Assembly: GCA_047967505.1 (NCBI GenBank) | Contig: CM106538.1 | Direction: 5' to 3' (one strand) | DNA: 64,000 nucleotides | DNA from: Dipteris shenzhenensis | Lineage: Eukaryota | Shown: one piece after another, positions 26,807 through 39,426 of the stretch | Position numbering within the stretch: position 1 is the first letter of the stretch | How the letters are laid out: every line of letters begins with the position of its first letter | Position numbers and translations under genes: made by a program | The notes under the pieces: model-generated | Database searches by the model: none | What the model saw: only the letters and a program-made list of their open reading frames with translations | What the model was told of the DNA's origin: nothing

Positions 26807-29800
26807 TGAGAGTGCTCTCAACGGAAGCAAGAACGGAAGAAGGAGAGAGAGAGACAGAGAGCCACACAAGTTTTGGTGGGTGCAGAACCACCCTAATCTT
26901 CTTTTTCATTCATTTATATGTGTGTTTGAGTATTGTATATAACTGGGGTAAAGGCACAGTGACCTTTAACCCCCACAACCTCCCACTTAAAGGACAATGT
27001 GCCTTTAAGGGAGAACAACCAGTGAGCATACTATCCAATGCCCATCAATACACGACAATACTCAAACCGCTGACTAGGTAGACTCTTCGTCAGCATATCT
27101 GCAGGGTTATCATCTGTATGAACCATCTGTATGAACCTTGACAAGCTCTATGCGCTTGTCCTCAAGTACCTCCCTGATGAAATGGTACCTGACCTCAATG
27201 TGTTTGGTCTTTGCATGAAAGACCGGATTCCGTGCTAGTTGAATAGCACTCATGGAATCACTATGCAATGTCGGTACACCTGTATGAATCCCCAAATTTC
27301 CCACTAGCCCGATCAAGCCATATAGCCTCCTTGCAACCCTCTGTGGCTGCAACATACTCAGCCTCTGTGGTAGACAAAGCAACGCACTTCTATGCGCGAG
27401 ACATCCACGACACTGCACCACCTGCAAAGGTGAACACATAACCAGAAGTGGATCTCCTACTATCCACATGCCCTGCATAGTCTGAATCTGTGTACCCAAG
27501 TACACGCATGTCTCCTTTACCAAAGCAAATGCACATCTCCTTGGTACCCTTCATGTACCTCATGATGCACTTAACTGCCTCCTAATGCCTCTTTCCTGGA
27601 TTAGCCATATACCGGCTAACAACTCCCACTGCAAATGCAATGTCTGGTCTACTAGCTATCATAGCATACATAAGACTCCCAACTGCTGATGCATAAGGAA
27701 CCTTGGCCATCATGGCCTTTTCCTCATCTGATTTGGGACTATCTGTATGACTCAGTTTCACATATGGAGGCAATGGAGTACTCACTGCCTTCCACCCCTC
27801 CATATTGAAACGTTGCAATACTTTTGTAACATACTCTTTTTGTGAAAGCCAAAGGAGTTTCCTACTCCGATCACGCGTGATGCGCATACCAAGAATATGA
27901 CCTACAAATCCCAAATCCTTCATATCAAAGGCCTCATGCAACTTGGCCTTTAATGCATCTAGCTCATAAGTATTCTTGCTAGCCAATAGCATATCATCCA
28001 CATATAGTGCCAGGATTATCAGGCTACTATCCTTACCCCTTTTAATGTAGAGGCAGTGATCAATTTCACTCCTTCTAAAACCCTGGGACCGAATGAAAGC
28101 ATCAAACTTCTGATACCATTCTCTAGGTGCTTGCTTAAGACCATAGAGACTCTTCTTCAGTTTGTTGCCCTTTTCTTCAAAGCCTTTCGGCTGCACCATG
28201 TAAATTTCCTCATGCAAATCCCCATGCAAGAAAGCTGTCTTGACATCCATTTGCATAAGCTCCATATCCTCTGATGCCACTAGTCCAAGCATGCATCTAA
28301 GTGTGGTCATCTTCACAACCGGAGAGAATATCTCATCAAAGTCCACACCCTTCTCTTGCTTGAACCCTTTAGCAACCAAATAGGCCTTGTACCTAGGCAC
28401 ATCATCACTTGTGACCTTCATTTTGTAGACCCATTTACATGGCAATGCTTTCTTTCCATGTGGCAAAGAAACCAAGTCCCAAGTCTTATTCTTCATAAGT
28501 GAACTCATCTCTGATTACATAGCATACTCCCACTTGTGTTGATCCTCACGCATCATAGCCTCTGTAGCAAGAAGGCTCCCCGCAATTAGTAAGCATCACA
28601 TAGTCTACCCCTGGAACAAACCTATCAGGCAGTCTAGACACTCTAGATGATCTTCTCAAGGGCATTTCAGCCTGCTGTCCCATTTGCATATCAGCCACAT
28701 TTGGCTCATCATTTCCACCAATAGATGATTCATCATCTACCCTTGATTGTATACCTGTGAGAGTACTTGGTGGCACCATTTCTTGCACATTTGGTGCATG
28801 GATAGCTTGTTGTCTATCAACATATGCAGGTGGATTCACATCCTGGAAAGTGATTCTCCTCATTTCCACATCCCTCATGGGTGCCTTATGCATCTTCTTC
28901 TCATTGAAGACCACATCATGGCTGCGTATGATCTTCTTTGCTTTTGGATCCCAGAGACGATAGCCCATCTCTCCAGTTTCACCATAACCTAGAAAGATGC
29001 ATTTCCTAGACTTAGGATCTAGCTTCTTTCGAAGCTCTTTTGGCACATGTGCATATGCCTCACACCAAATATACGCAAATGAGAGTAAGAGGGCTTCTTG
29101 CCACTCCATGCCTCTTCAGGAATACCACCATCCAAACTCTTACTAGGTGATCTATTGATCACATGCACTGCAGTCTTCATTGCCTCAGCCCAAAAACCAC
29201 CAGAAAGACTTGCATTGGAAAGCTGCATTGCAACCTTTCTTGAATGGTACAGTTCATCTTTTCTGCAACTGGATTTTGCTCTGGAGTACGAGGGGATGTG
29301 AGCTCCCTCTTAATCCCACGTGTATCACAGAAATACTGAAAGTCATGAGAGAGATACTCTCCACTATTGTCAGTCCATAGGCATTTAAGCGTTCTACCTG
29401 ACTGATTCTCAACCAAGGCCAGCCATTTCTGAAATACCTGGAACACATCATTCTTTCGAGCTATAGCATAAGCCCACACTTTCCTAGTTGCATCATCAAT
29501 GAATGTCACATAGTATTCAGCCCCGCCTAATGACCGTGTAGGCATGGGACCACATACTTTTGAATGCACCAAATCAAGCATTTCAAACTCTTTCTTTTTT
29601 TTTCTTTTATGGGCTGATTTAGTCTGCTTCCCATAGAGACAATGCTTACAAAATTCAAAATCAGAGAAACTCAAATGTGGTACATAACCCAAATGGCATA
29701 AGAGTTTCATTCCATTCTGGCTCATGTGCCCCAACCTACAATGCCACAAAGAAGTGCTTGGCTGCTCGGTTATTGCAACAACATGATCAAATACCCCTGA

Positions 29801-32691
29801 TACATGTAAGGGATACAAAGTCCCACACTTGGCACCCCTAGCCAAAAGCATAGAGCCCTTTTGAATTTTCCAACTCTGAAAGCCAAAAGTGGTGTGAAAA
29901 CCAGCATCATCTAGCTGACCCACTGAAATAAGACTCTTGGTCAGCTTAGGCACATGTCTCACATGTTTCAAAACAAATGCAGACCCATTTGCAAAAGAAA
30001 ACTTTATGTCACCTGCTCCCACTATGTCACATGCATAGTCATTTCCAAGATGCACACAACCTGTCTTTCCACTATCATAAGTGGAGAACCATTCCCTATG
30101 GGGAGTAACACGGAATGAAGCACCAGAATCCAAAATCCAATCCTGGGAATATGCATCATCTGAAGTGGTAAGCAACTCTGCAGATAAACTAGACATGAAG
30201 AGAACGTCATTGTCACTATCATGTGTGACTGCATTGATCTCCTCGATCTTCACTTTTCCTTTGTCGTCCCTTGGACTCTCTTCCTTTTGATTTGCACCCC
30301 AATTTGCATTCTTTTTCTTATCCTTTTGCTCTCTTTTCAGCTTGTAGCAATACTTTTTCATATGGCCCTTCTTGCCACAATGGTAACACTCAATGTTCCG
30401 TGCCCTGGATTTGCTACGTGACTTCACTCTTTCTTGGGACTTCCCCCTGAACTGTGATCTGCCCCTTTGCACATTTAAGGCTGCATCCTGCTTGTTGCCA
30501 TCCATAGACTTCCGTCTAATCTCCTCGACCAACAAGCTACCCACAACATCATCAAATTTCAGTACTCCACCAGGTGCAGAGTTACTGACAGCTGTACGGA
30601 AGTTATCCCATGAGGATGGCAATGAACATAAGAGAAATATTGCCTTAGTCTCCGCATCAAAATTCATCTTCTGAGCCTGAAGCTGGCTGAAAATTATATT
30701 GAATTCATTCAAGTGAGAAGCAATGGAGACCTCTTCCTTCATCTGCAGCTCAAGCAACCTCTTCATGAGGTAAACTTTATTAGAGGCAGTTTCCTTCTCA
30801 TAAGTGGCACACAGTTTCTTCCACAAATCTTCAGTAGTCTGCTCATTTACTACTGTGAAATAAACTAACTCTACAAGATGAAGTCTAATAGTAGACTTTG
30901 CTAATGCATCCAACTCATTCCAATCATCCTCAGACATATTTGCAGACTTAGCTTCAATCCCTGCCAAGGGTTTAATCTGCTTCTTTTGAATAAGCACATC
31001 CCTTATTTGTTCTTTCCACAAAGAAAAGTTTGTCCCATCAAACTTTTTAATGCTAAAAAACTCCTTTTCAGGCATGGAAGAGGATGCCATGATGCAAATG
31101 AAACAAAATCCCAAATGCTAGTCCCTGCAAGAGAGAATCACACCAAATACCAGGTGCACCCAAATGTGTATGCCACAATAGACTGAAATATCACAAAAAA
31201 CTCAAAGCTCAAAGCATCAAAAGATGCATCTGACTCATGTGCATATACTATGCATCCACATGAGCAAATCTGGCCCAAAATAAAATGCCAATAAGTGCCA
31301 AATGACTCAAGCATAAACACTGTCCACTGGCATATGCATCAATAATGTCTCATCCAAGAGAGCATAGCACTATCAGTGCATCACCTGCAATGTTTCAAAG
31401 CTGTCCCTCAGCATAAAATAGCATCCATGTGCAAAGCGTCCATAAAAATAGCATCCCACAAGGCAATTTGGGCCTATCAGCACATCCAATAAGGACCGCA
31501 ATGCATCCAAATGGCCTATAAATCATCCACTGCAACCCAATGCACACCACGAATGAGCGCACACTGCTCTCCAGAGTGATCTGCATAAGGTATGCTCAAG
31601 AAATCATAGTCCCATGGTAATGAGCGCTACTGAAAATAGAACCTGAGATGCCTCAAAACATGGGCGCCATTGCATAATCGGACTCAGTAAGAAAATCTGC
31701 AAATATCTCTCTTCTGCCAGAACTCCAAAATCCCAACCGATGAGTGAGAAATGGGAGTCAACACTTATCCACTGCCATGTGGCATAAATCTAAGGTTTCA
31801 AAACCTTAGTATGAAAAATGCATAACAGAGAGACGAAATCGAATACACAGAGATTTATAACTTTGAAAATCCTCCACCGAATCATGCAAGAACTGATAGG
31901 TAGGGGTTTTTGGGCGTCCGGAACGCAATGGGACAGACGGTTTTGGAAACCGTGGTCTCAATCACTAGGTCCAACACACGGACTGAAAAACGTTTTTTGA
32001 AACAGAGCTATTTGTAAACTCCACCGGAGTGCGAATGATGAGCAACATAGAAGTTTTAGGACCTCTTGAGTCCACCAGAACTGACAGATCTGCAAATGGT
32101 TGCTCCAAACTTGAGTTCCAACACCCGGGCAAAAAACGCAGGAACTGACACAGTGACTCAGAAATCCAATGAAATGATCCCAGATTCAGGAATGAAGGTG
32201 TTTCCAGGCTCCTGAAGTAATGTGGACACCAAAAGCAAGCAATAGTTGCCTCTACAAGTCAATATGGAGTCTCTGTCATCGAACGGAACAGGGAAAAGCT
32301 CAAAAAATGACTTTTTCTTTGAAAGCTCTTAACAGGCTCTCAAAACCACTTTGCAAAGCCAAAGTGACTTTTCCAAAGGTTCCTCCAAGGTCTCTGCACA
32401 CTCGGATGCAAGTAAAGTCACCCACAAAGCTTCCCACAGAGCTTCTCCTTCCTCCCACAGAGCTGCTAAGCTTCCAGCATTCATGCACGCCCAGCTAGAT
32501 CACTCGGGCTCTGATACCAGTTGAGAGTGCTCTCAACGGAAGCAAGAATGGAAGAAGGAGAGAGAGAGACAGAGAGCCACACAAGTTTGGTGGGTGCAGA
32601 ACCACCCTAATCTTCTTTTTCATTCATTTATATATGTGTTTGAGTATTGTACATAATTGGGGTAAACGCACAGTGACCTTTAACCCCCACA
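26807..32691 (-). mobile_element. Full-length Copia family A copy A2, nested in the B integrase
   Basis: LTRs 32522-32691 and 26807-26977 (5 substitutions + 1 indel); TSD CTGCA (26802-26806 and 32692-32696); PBS 32519-32508; PPT about 26979-26988. Confidence 0.98.
27031..31090 (-). pseudogene. gag-pol of A2, disrupted
   Basis: Open from gag into integrase (645-aa ORF), then frameshifts, a 15-bp RT deletion, a stop at 27582 and a 13-bp duplication at 27112-27137. Confidence 0.95.
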
Positions 32692-32745
32692 CTGCAGTGG
32701 GAGTCCTGCTCATTATGTAAACTGTTGTAGCAACTGCTTCAGCCC
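32692..32745 (-). pseudogene. 54-bp island of element B integrase between A2 and A3
   Basis: Translates as (W)AEAVATTVYIMSRTPTA, joining DYYWA (near 39427) to AIHGMMPEE (near 26800). Confidence 0.95.
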
Positions 32746-34341
32746 TGTGGGGGTTAAAGGTCACTGTGCCTTTACCCGGTTATGTACAATACTCAAACAC
32801 ATATATAAATGAATGAAAAAGAAGATTAGAGTGGTTCTGCACCCACCAAAACTTATGGCTCTCTATCTCTCTCTCTCTCCTTCTTCCGTTCTTACTTCCG
32901 TTGAGAGCACTCTCAACTGGTATCAGAGCCCGGGTGATCTAGCTGAGCGTGCATGAATGCTTGAAGCTCAGCAGCTCTGTGGGAGGAAGGAGAAGCTCTG
33001 TGGGAAGCTTTGTGGGTGACTTTACTTGCATCCGAGTGTGCAGAGACCTTGGAGGAACCTTTGGAAAAGTCACTTTGGCTTTGCGAAGTGGTTTTGAGAG
33101 CCTGTTAAGTGGTTTGAAAGAAAAAGTCATTTTTTGAGCTTTTCCCTGTTCCGTTCGACGACAGAGACTCCGTATTGACTTGTAGAGGCAACTATTGCTT
33201 GCTTTTGGTGTCCACTTCACTTCAGGAGCTTGGAAACACCTTCATTCTTGAATCTGGGATCATTTCATTGGATTTCTGACTCACTGTGTCAGTTCTTGCA
33301 TTTTTTGCCCGAGTGTTGGAACTCAAGTTTGGAGCAACCATTTGTAGATCTGTCAGTTCCAATGGACTCAGGAGGTCTTAAAACTTCTATGTTGCTCATC
33401 ATTCACACTCCGGTGGAGTTTACAAACAGCTCTATTTCCAAAAACGTTTTTCAATCCGTGTGTTGGACCCAGTGATTGAGACCACGGTTTCCAAAACCGT
33501 CTGTCCCATTGCGTTTCGAACACCCAAAAACTCTGACCTGTCAGTTCTTGCACAATTCGGTGGAGGATTTTCAGAGTTATAGATCTCTGTGTATTTGATT
33601 TCGTCTCTCTGTTATGCATTTTTCATTCTAAGGTTTTGAAACCTTAGATTTATGCCACATGGTAGTGGATAAGTGTTGACTCCCATTTCTCAAGATTTTG
33701 GAGTTCAGGCAGAAGAGAGATATTTGCAGATTTTCTTGCTGAGTCCGATTATGCAATGGCACCCATGTTTTGAGGCATCTTAGGTTCTATTTTTAGTAGC
33801 AGTCGTTACCGTGGGACTATGATTTCTTGAGCATACCTTATGCAGATCACTCTGGTTGCAGTTTGAGCAGTGTGCGCTCGTTCGTGGTATGCATTGGGTT
33901 GCAGTGGATGATTTATAGGCCATTTGGATGCATTGCGATCCTTATTGGATGCGCTGATAGGCCCAAATTGCCTTGTGGGATGCTATTTTTATGGACGCTT
34001 TGCACATGGATGCTATTTTATGCTGAGGGACAGCTTTGACACATTGCAGGTGATGCACTGATAGTGCTATGCTCTCTTGGATGAGATATTATTGATGCAT
34101 ATGCCAGTGGATGATGTTTATGCTTGAGTCATTTGGCACTTATTGGCATTTTCTTTTGGGCCAGATTTGCTCATATGGATGCATAGTGTATGCACATGAG
34201 TCAGATGCATCTTTTGATGCTTTGAGCTTTGAGTTTTGGTGATATTTCACTCTATTGTGGCATACACATTTGGGTGCACCTGGTATTTGGTGCGATTCTC
34301 TCTTGAGGCACTAGCATTTGGGATTTTGTTTTGTTTGTATC

Positions 34342-37300
34342 ATGGCATCCTCTTCCATGTCTGAAAAGGAGTTTTTCAACATTAAAAAGTTTGATGGGAC
34401 AAACTTTTTTTTGTGGAAAGAACAAATAAGGGATGTGCTTATTCAAAAGAAGCAGATTAGACCCTTGGCAGGGATTGAAGCTAAGCCTGCAAATATGTCT
34501 GAGGATGATTGGAATGAGTTGGATGCATTAGCAAAGTCTACTATTAGACTTCATCTTGCAGAGTCAGTTTATTTCACAGTAGTAAATGAGCAAACTACGG
34601 AAGATTTGTGGAAGAAACTGTGTGCCACTTATGAGAAGGAAACTGCCTCTAATAAAGTTTACCTCATGAAGAGGTTGTTTGAGCTGCAGATGAAGGAAGG
34701 GGTCTCCATTGCTTCTCACTTGAATGAATTCAATATTATTTTCAACCAGCTTCAGGCTCAGAAAATGAATTTTGCATTAGGAAAAAAGGAAGCTCATTTT
34801 GGGGCCTTTTAGAAGAGAGAGAAAATAGGCTCTCAACCAATCAGGAGTGGGCCAACGTAACATTGAAAATTCAACAAAAGAAGATGAAAATAAGAAAAAG
34901 AAATAGTACTATATGTTCGTAGAAGCATGTCAAATTAATGAGGTGATCTGATTTGAATTTTTAAAAAAATTATTTTCTGTGCAGAATTTGGTGATTCTGA
35001 CACCGCAGACGCGTCTGAAATGGCCCAAAACCCCAAGAACGGCATTGGAAACGCTGGAATCGGACATCCAGAGGCCCGGAAACGGCCAAAAAAGGTCGGA
35101 AAACGTGATTTGCAGCAAAATGCGATCCGGCAAGTGCGTTTTTCGGCCTTTTTTGGCCGTTTCCAGGCCTCCGGATGTCCGATTCCAACGTTTCCAACCA
35201 AATCGCATTTTGCTGCAAATCGTGTTTTTCGACCTTTTTTGGCTGTTTTCGGGCCTCCGGATGTCCGATTTCAGCGTTTCCAGTGCCGTTCTTGGGGTTT
35301 TGGGCCGTTCGAGACGCGTCTGCGGTGTCAGAATCACCAAATTCTGCACAGAAAAGTGTTGCTCTTATATGAACATTGAATGTAAAGCATGTGAAAGAAT
35401 ATATTTATTCCTTTTCACACTGACATTTCTCATGCAAGTATCCATATTTTCTTGCTTTTGTAGAGAGAGAAAAGAGAAAATAGTGAATTTCTTACAGGGC
35501 CCCAAAATGAGCTCCCTTTTTTCCTAATGATGTGGAGACTAAGGCAATATTTCTCTTATGTTCATTGCCATCCTCATGGGATACCTTCCGTATAGCTGTC
35601 AGTAACTCTGCACCTGGTGGAGTTCTGAAATTTGATGATGTTGTGGGTAGCTTGTTGGCAGAGGAGATTAGACGGAAGTCTATGGATGGCAACAAGCAGG
35701 ATGCAGCCTTAAATGTGCAAAGGGACAGATCACAGTTTAGGGGGAAGTCCCAAGAAAGAGGGAAGTCACGTAGCAAATCCAGGGCATGAAACATTGAGTG
35801 TTACCATTGTGGCAAGAAGGGCCATATGAAAAAGGATTGCTACAAGCTGAAAAGAGAGCAAAAGGATAAGAAAAAGAATGCAAATTAGGGTAAAAATCAA
35901 AAGGAAGAGAGTCCAAGGGAGGACAAAGGAAAAGTGAAGATCGAGGAGATCAATGCAATCACACATGATAGTGACAATGACGTTCTCTTCATGTCTAGTT
36001 TATCTGCAGAGTTGCTTACCACTTCAGATGATGCATATTCCCAGGATTGGATTTTGGATTCTGGTGCTTCATTCCATGTTACTCCCCATAGGGAATGGTT
36101 CTTCACTTATGACAGTGGAAAGACAGGTTGTGTGCATCTTGGAAATGACTATGCATGTGACATAGGGGGAGCAGGTGACATAAAGTTTTCTTTTGCAAAT
36201 GGGTCTGCATTTGTTTTGAAACATGTGAGACATGTGCCTACGTTGACCAAGAGTCTTATTTCAGTGGGTCAGCTAGATGATGCTGGTTTTCACACCACTT
36301 TTGGCTTTCAGACTTGGAAAATTCAGAAGGGCTCTACGCTTTTGGCCAGGGGTGCCAAGTGTGGGACTTTGTATCCCTTACATGTATCAGGGGTATTTGA
36401 TCATGTTGTTGCAATAACCGAGCAGCCAAGCACTTCTTTGTGGCATTGCAGGTTGGGGCACATGAGCCAGAATGGAATGAAACTCTTATGCCGTTTGGGT
36501 TATGTACCGCATTTGAGATTCTCTGATTTTGAATCTTATGAGCATTGTCTCTATGGGAAGCAGACTAAATCAGCCCATAAAAGAAAGGGAAAGAAAGAGT
36601 TTAAAATGCTTGATTTGGTGCATTCAGACGTATGTGGTCCCATGCCTACACGGTCATTAGGCGGGGCTGAATACTATGTGACATTCATTGATGATGCAAC
36701 TAGGAAAGTATGGGCTTATGCTATAGCTCGGAAGAGTGATGTGTTCCAGGTATTTCAGAAATAGCTGGCCTTGGTCAGTCAGGTAGAACACTTAAATGCC
36801 TACGGACTGACAATGGTGGAGAGTATCTCTCTCATGACTTTTAGCATTTCTGTGATACACGTGGGATTAAGAGGGAGCTCACATTCCCTCGTACTCCAGA
36901 GCAAAATCCAGTTGCAGAAAAGATGAATCATACCATTCAAGAAAGGTTGCAATGCATGCTTTCCAATGCAAGTCTTTCTGGTGGTTTTTGGGTTGAGGCA
37001 ATGAAGACTGCAGTGCATGTGATCAATAGATCACCTAGTAATGGTGGTATTCCTGAAGAGGCATGGAGTGGCAAGAAGCCCTCTTACTCTCATTTGCGTA
37101 TATTTAGGTGTGAGGCATATGCACATGTGCCAAAAGAGCTTCGAAAGAAGCTAGATCCTAAGTCTAGGAAATGCATCTTTCTGGGTCATGGTGAAAGTGG
37201 AGAGATGGGCTATCGTCTCTGGGATCCAGAAGCAAAGAAGATCATATGCAGCCATGATGTAGTCTTCAATGAGAAAAAGATGCATAAGGCACCCATGAGG

Positions 37301-39197
37301 GATGTGGAAATGAGGAGAACCACTTTCCAAAATGTGAATCCACCTACATATGTTGATAGACAACAAGCTGTCCATGCACCAAATGTGCAGGAAATGGTAC
37401 CACCAAGTACTCCTATAGGTATACAATCAAGGGTAGATGATGGATCATCTATTGGTGGAAATGATGAACCAAATGTGGCTGATATGCAGGTGGGACAGCA
37501 AGCTGAAATGCCCTTGAGAAGATCTTCTAGAGTGTCTAGACCGCCTGATAGGTTTGTTCCAAGGGTAGACTATGTGATGCTTACTGATTGCGGGGAGCCT
37601 TCTTGCTATAGAGAGGCTATGATGCGTGAGGATCAACGCAAGTGAAAGTATGCTATGCAATCAGAGATGAGTTCACTTATGAAGAATAAGACTTGGGACT
37701 TGGTTTCTTTGCCACATGGAAAGAAAGCATTGCCATGTAAATGGGTCTACAAAATGAAGGTCACAAGTGATGATGTGCCTAGGTACAAGGCCTGTTTGGT
37801 CGCTAAAGGGTTCAAGCAAGAGAAGGGTGTGGACTTTGATGAGATATTCTCTCCAGTTGTGAAGATGAACACACTTAGATGAGATATTCTCTCCAGTTGT
37901 GAAGATGAACACACTTAGATGCATGCTTGGACTAGTGGCATCAGAGGATATGGAGCTTATGCAGATGGATGTCAAGACAGCTTTCTTGCATGGGGATTTG
38001 CATGAAGAAATTTACATGGTGCAGCCGCAGGCTTTGAAGAAAAGGGCAAAGAGCATTTAGTTTGCAAGCTGAAAAAGAGTCTCTATGGTCTTAAGCAAGC
38101 GCCTAGAGAATGGTATCAGAAGTTTGATGCTTTCATTTGGTCCCAGGGTTTTAGAAGGAGTGAAATTGATCACTGCCTCTATACTAAAAGGGCTAAGGAT
38201 AATAGCTTGATAATCCTGGCACTATATGTGGATGATATGCTATTGGCTAGCAAGAATACTTATGAGCTAGATGCATTAAAGGCGAAGTTGCATGAGGCCT
38301 TTGATATGAAGGATTTGGGATTTGCAGGTCATATTCTTGGTATGCGCATCACGCGTGATCGGAGTAGGAAACTCCTTTGGCTTTCACAAAAAGAGTATGT
38401 TACAAAAGTATTGCAGCGTTTCAATATGGAGGGGGGGAAGGCAGTGAGTACTCCATTGCCTCCATATGTGAAACTAAGTCACACAGATAGTCCCAAATCA
38501 GATGAGGAAAGGGCCATGATGGCCAAGGTTCCTTATGCATCAGCGGTTGGGAGTCTTATGTATGCTATGATAGCTACTAGACCAGACATCACCTTTGCAG
38601 TGGGAGTTGTTAGCCGGTATATGGCTAATCCAGGAAAAAGGCATTGGGAGGCAGTTAAGTGCATCATGAGGTACATGAAGGGTACCAAGGAGATGTGCAT
38701 CTGCTTTGGGAAAAGAGACATGCGTGTACTTGGGTACACAGATTCAGACTATGCAGGGCATGTGGATAGTACGAGATCCACTTCTGGTTATGTGTTCACC
38801 TTTGCAAGTGGTGCAGTGTCGTGGATGTCTCGTGTACAGAAGTGCGTTGCTTTGTCTACCACAGAGGCTGAGTATGTTGCAGCCACAGAGGGTTGCAAGG
38901 AGGCTATATGGCTTGATCGGCTAGTGGGAGATTTGGGGATTCATACAAGTGTACCAACATTGCATAGTGATTCCATGAATGCTATTCAGCTAGCACGGAA
39001 TCCAGTCTTTCATGCAAAGACCAAACACATTGAGGTCAGGTACCATTTCATCAGGGAGATACTTGAGGACAAGCGCATAGAGCTTGTCAAGGTTCATACA
39101 GATGGTTCATACAGATGATAACCCTGCAGATATGCTGACGAAGAGTCTACCTAGTCAGCGGTTTGAGTATTGTCGTGTATTGATGGGCATTGGATAG
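34342..39197 (+). pseudogene. gag-pol of A3, disrupted
   Basis: Same motifs as A1. Interrupted by the insertion at 34775-35529, by stops (35787, 36762, 37643), a 40-bp tandem duplication (37838-37917) and a 13-bp duplication (39091-39116). Confidence 0.95.
34775..35529. mobile_element. Non-autonomous TIR element (755 bp) with a large internal palindrome and no evident TSD
   Basis: 32-bp TIR CATTAGGAAAAAAGGRAGCTCATTTTGGGGCC (1 mismatch). Absent from A1 and A2, whose empty site reads GAATTTTG|ATGCGG. Internal 154-bp inverted arms at 34973-35126 and 35202-35355. Confidence 0.93.
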
Positions 39198-39426
39198 TAT
39201 GCTCACTGGTTGTTCTCCCTTAAAGGCACATTGTCCTTTAAGTGGGAGGTTGTGGGGGTTAAAGGTCACTGTGCCTTTACCCCGGTTATGTACAATACTC
39301 AAACACATATATAAATGAATGAAAAAGAAGATTAGGGTGGTTCTGCACCCACCAAAACTTGTGGCTCTCTTTCTCTCTCTCTCTCCTTCTTCCGTTCTTG
39401 CTTTCGTTGAGAGCACTCTCAAGCCC

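Larger units (their letters stand above)
32746..39421 (+). mobile_element. Full-length Copia family A copy A3, nested in the B integrase
   Basis: LTRs 32746-32915 and 39251-39421 (5 substitutions + 1 indel); TSD AGCCC (32741-32745 and 39422-39426); PBS 32918-32929; PPT about 39240-39249. Confidence 0.98.

Noticed and set aside
34930-35527. Mirror-image ORFs on both strands
   Set aside because: A consequence of the palindrome; no transposase motifs.
26807-39421. Inverted duplication or assembly fold-back as the origin of A2/A3
   Set aside because: Distinct TSDs, many private differences and an in-frame host integrase spacer show two independent insertions.
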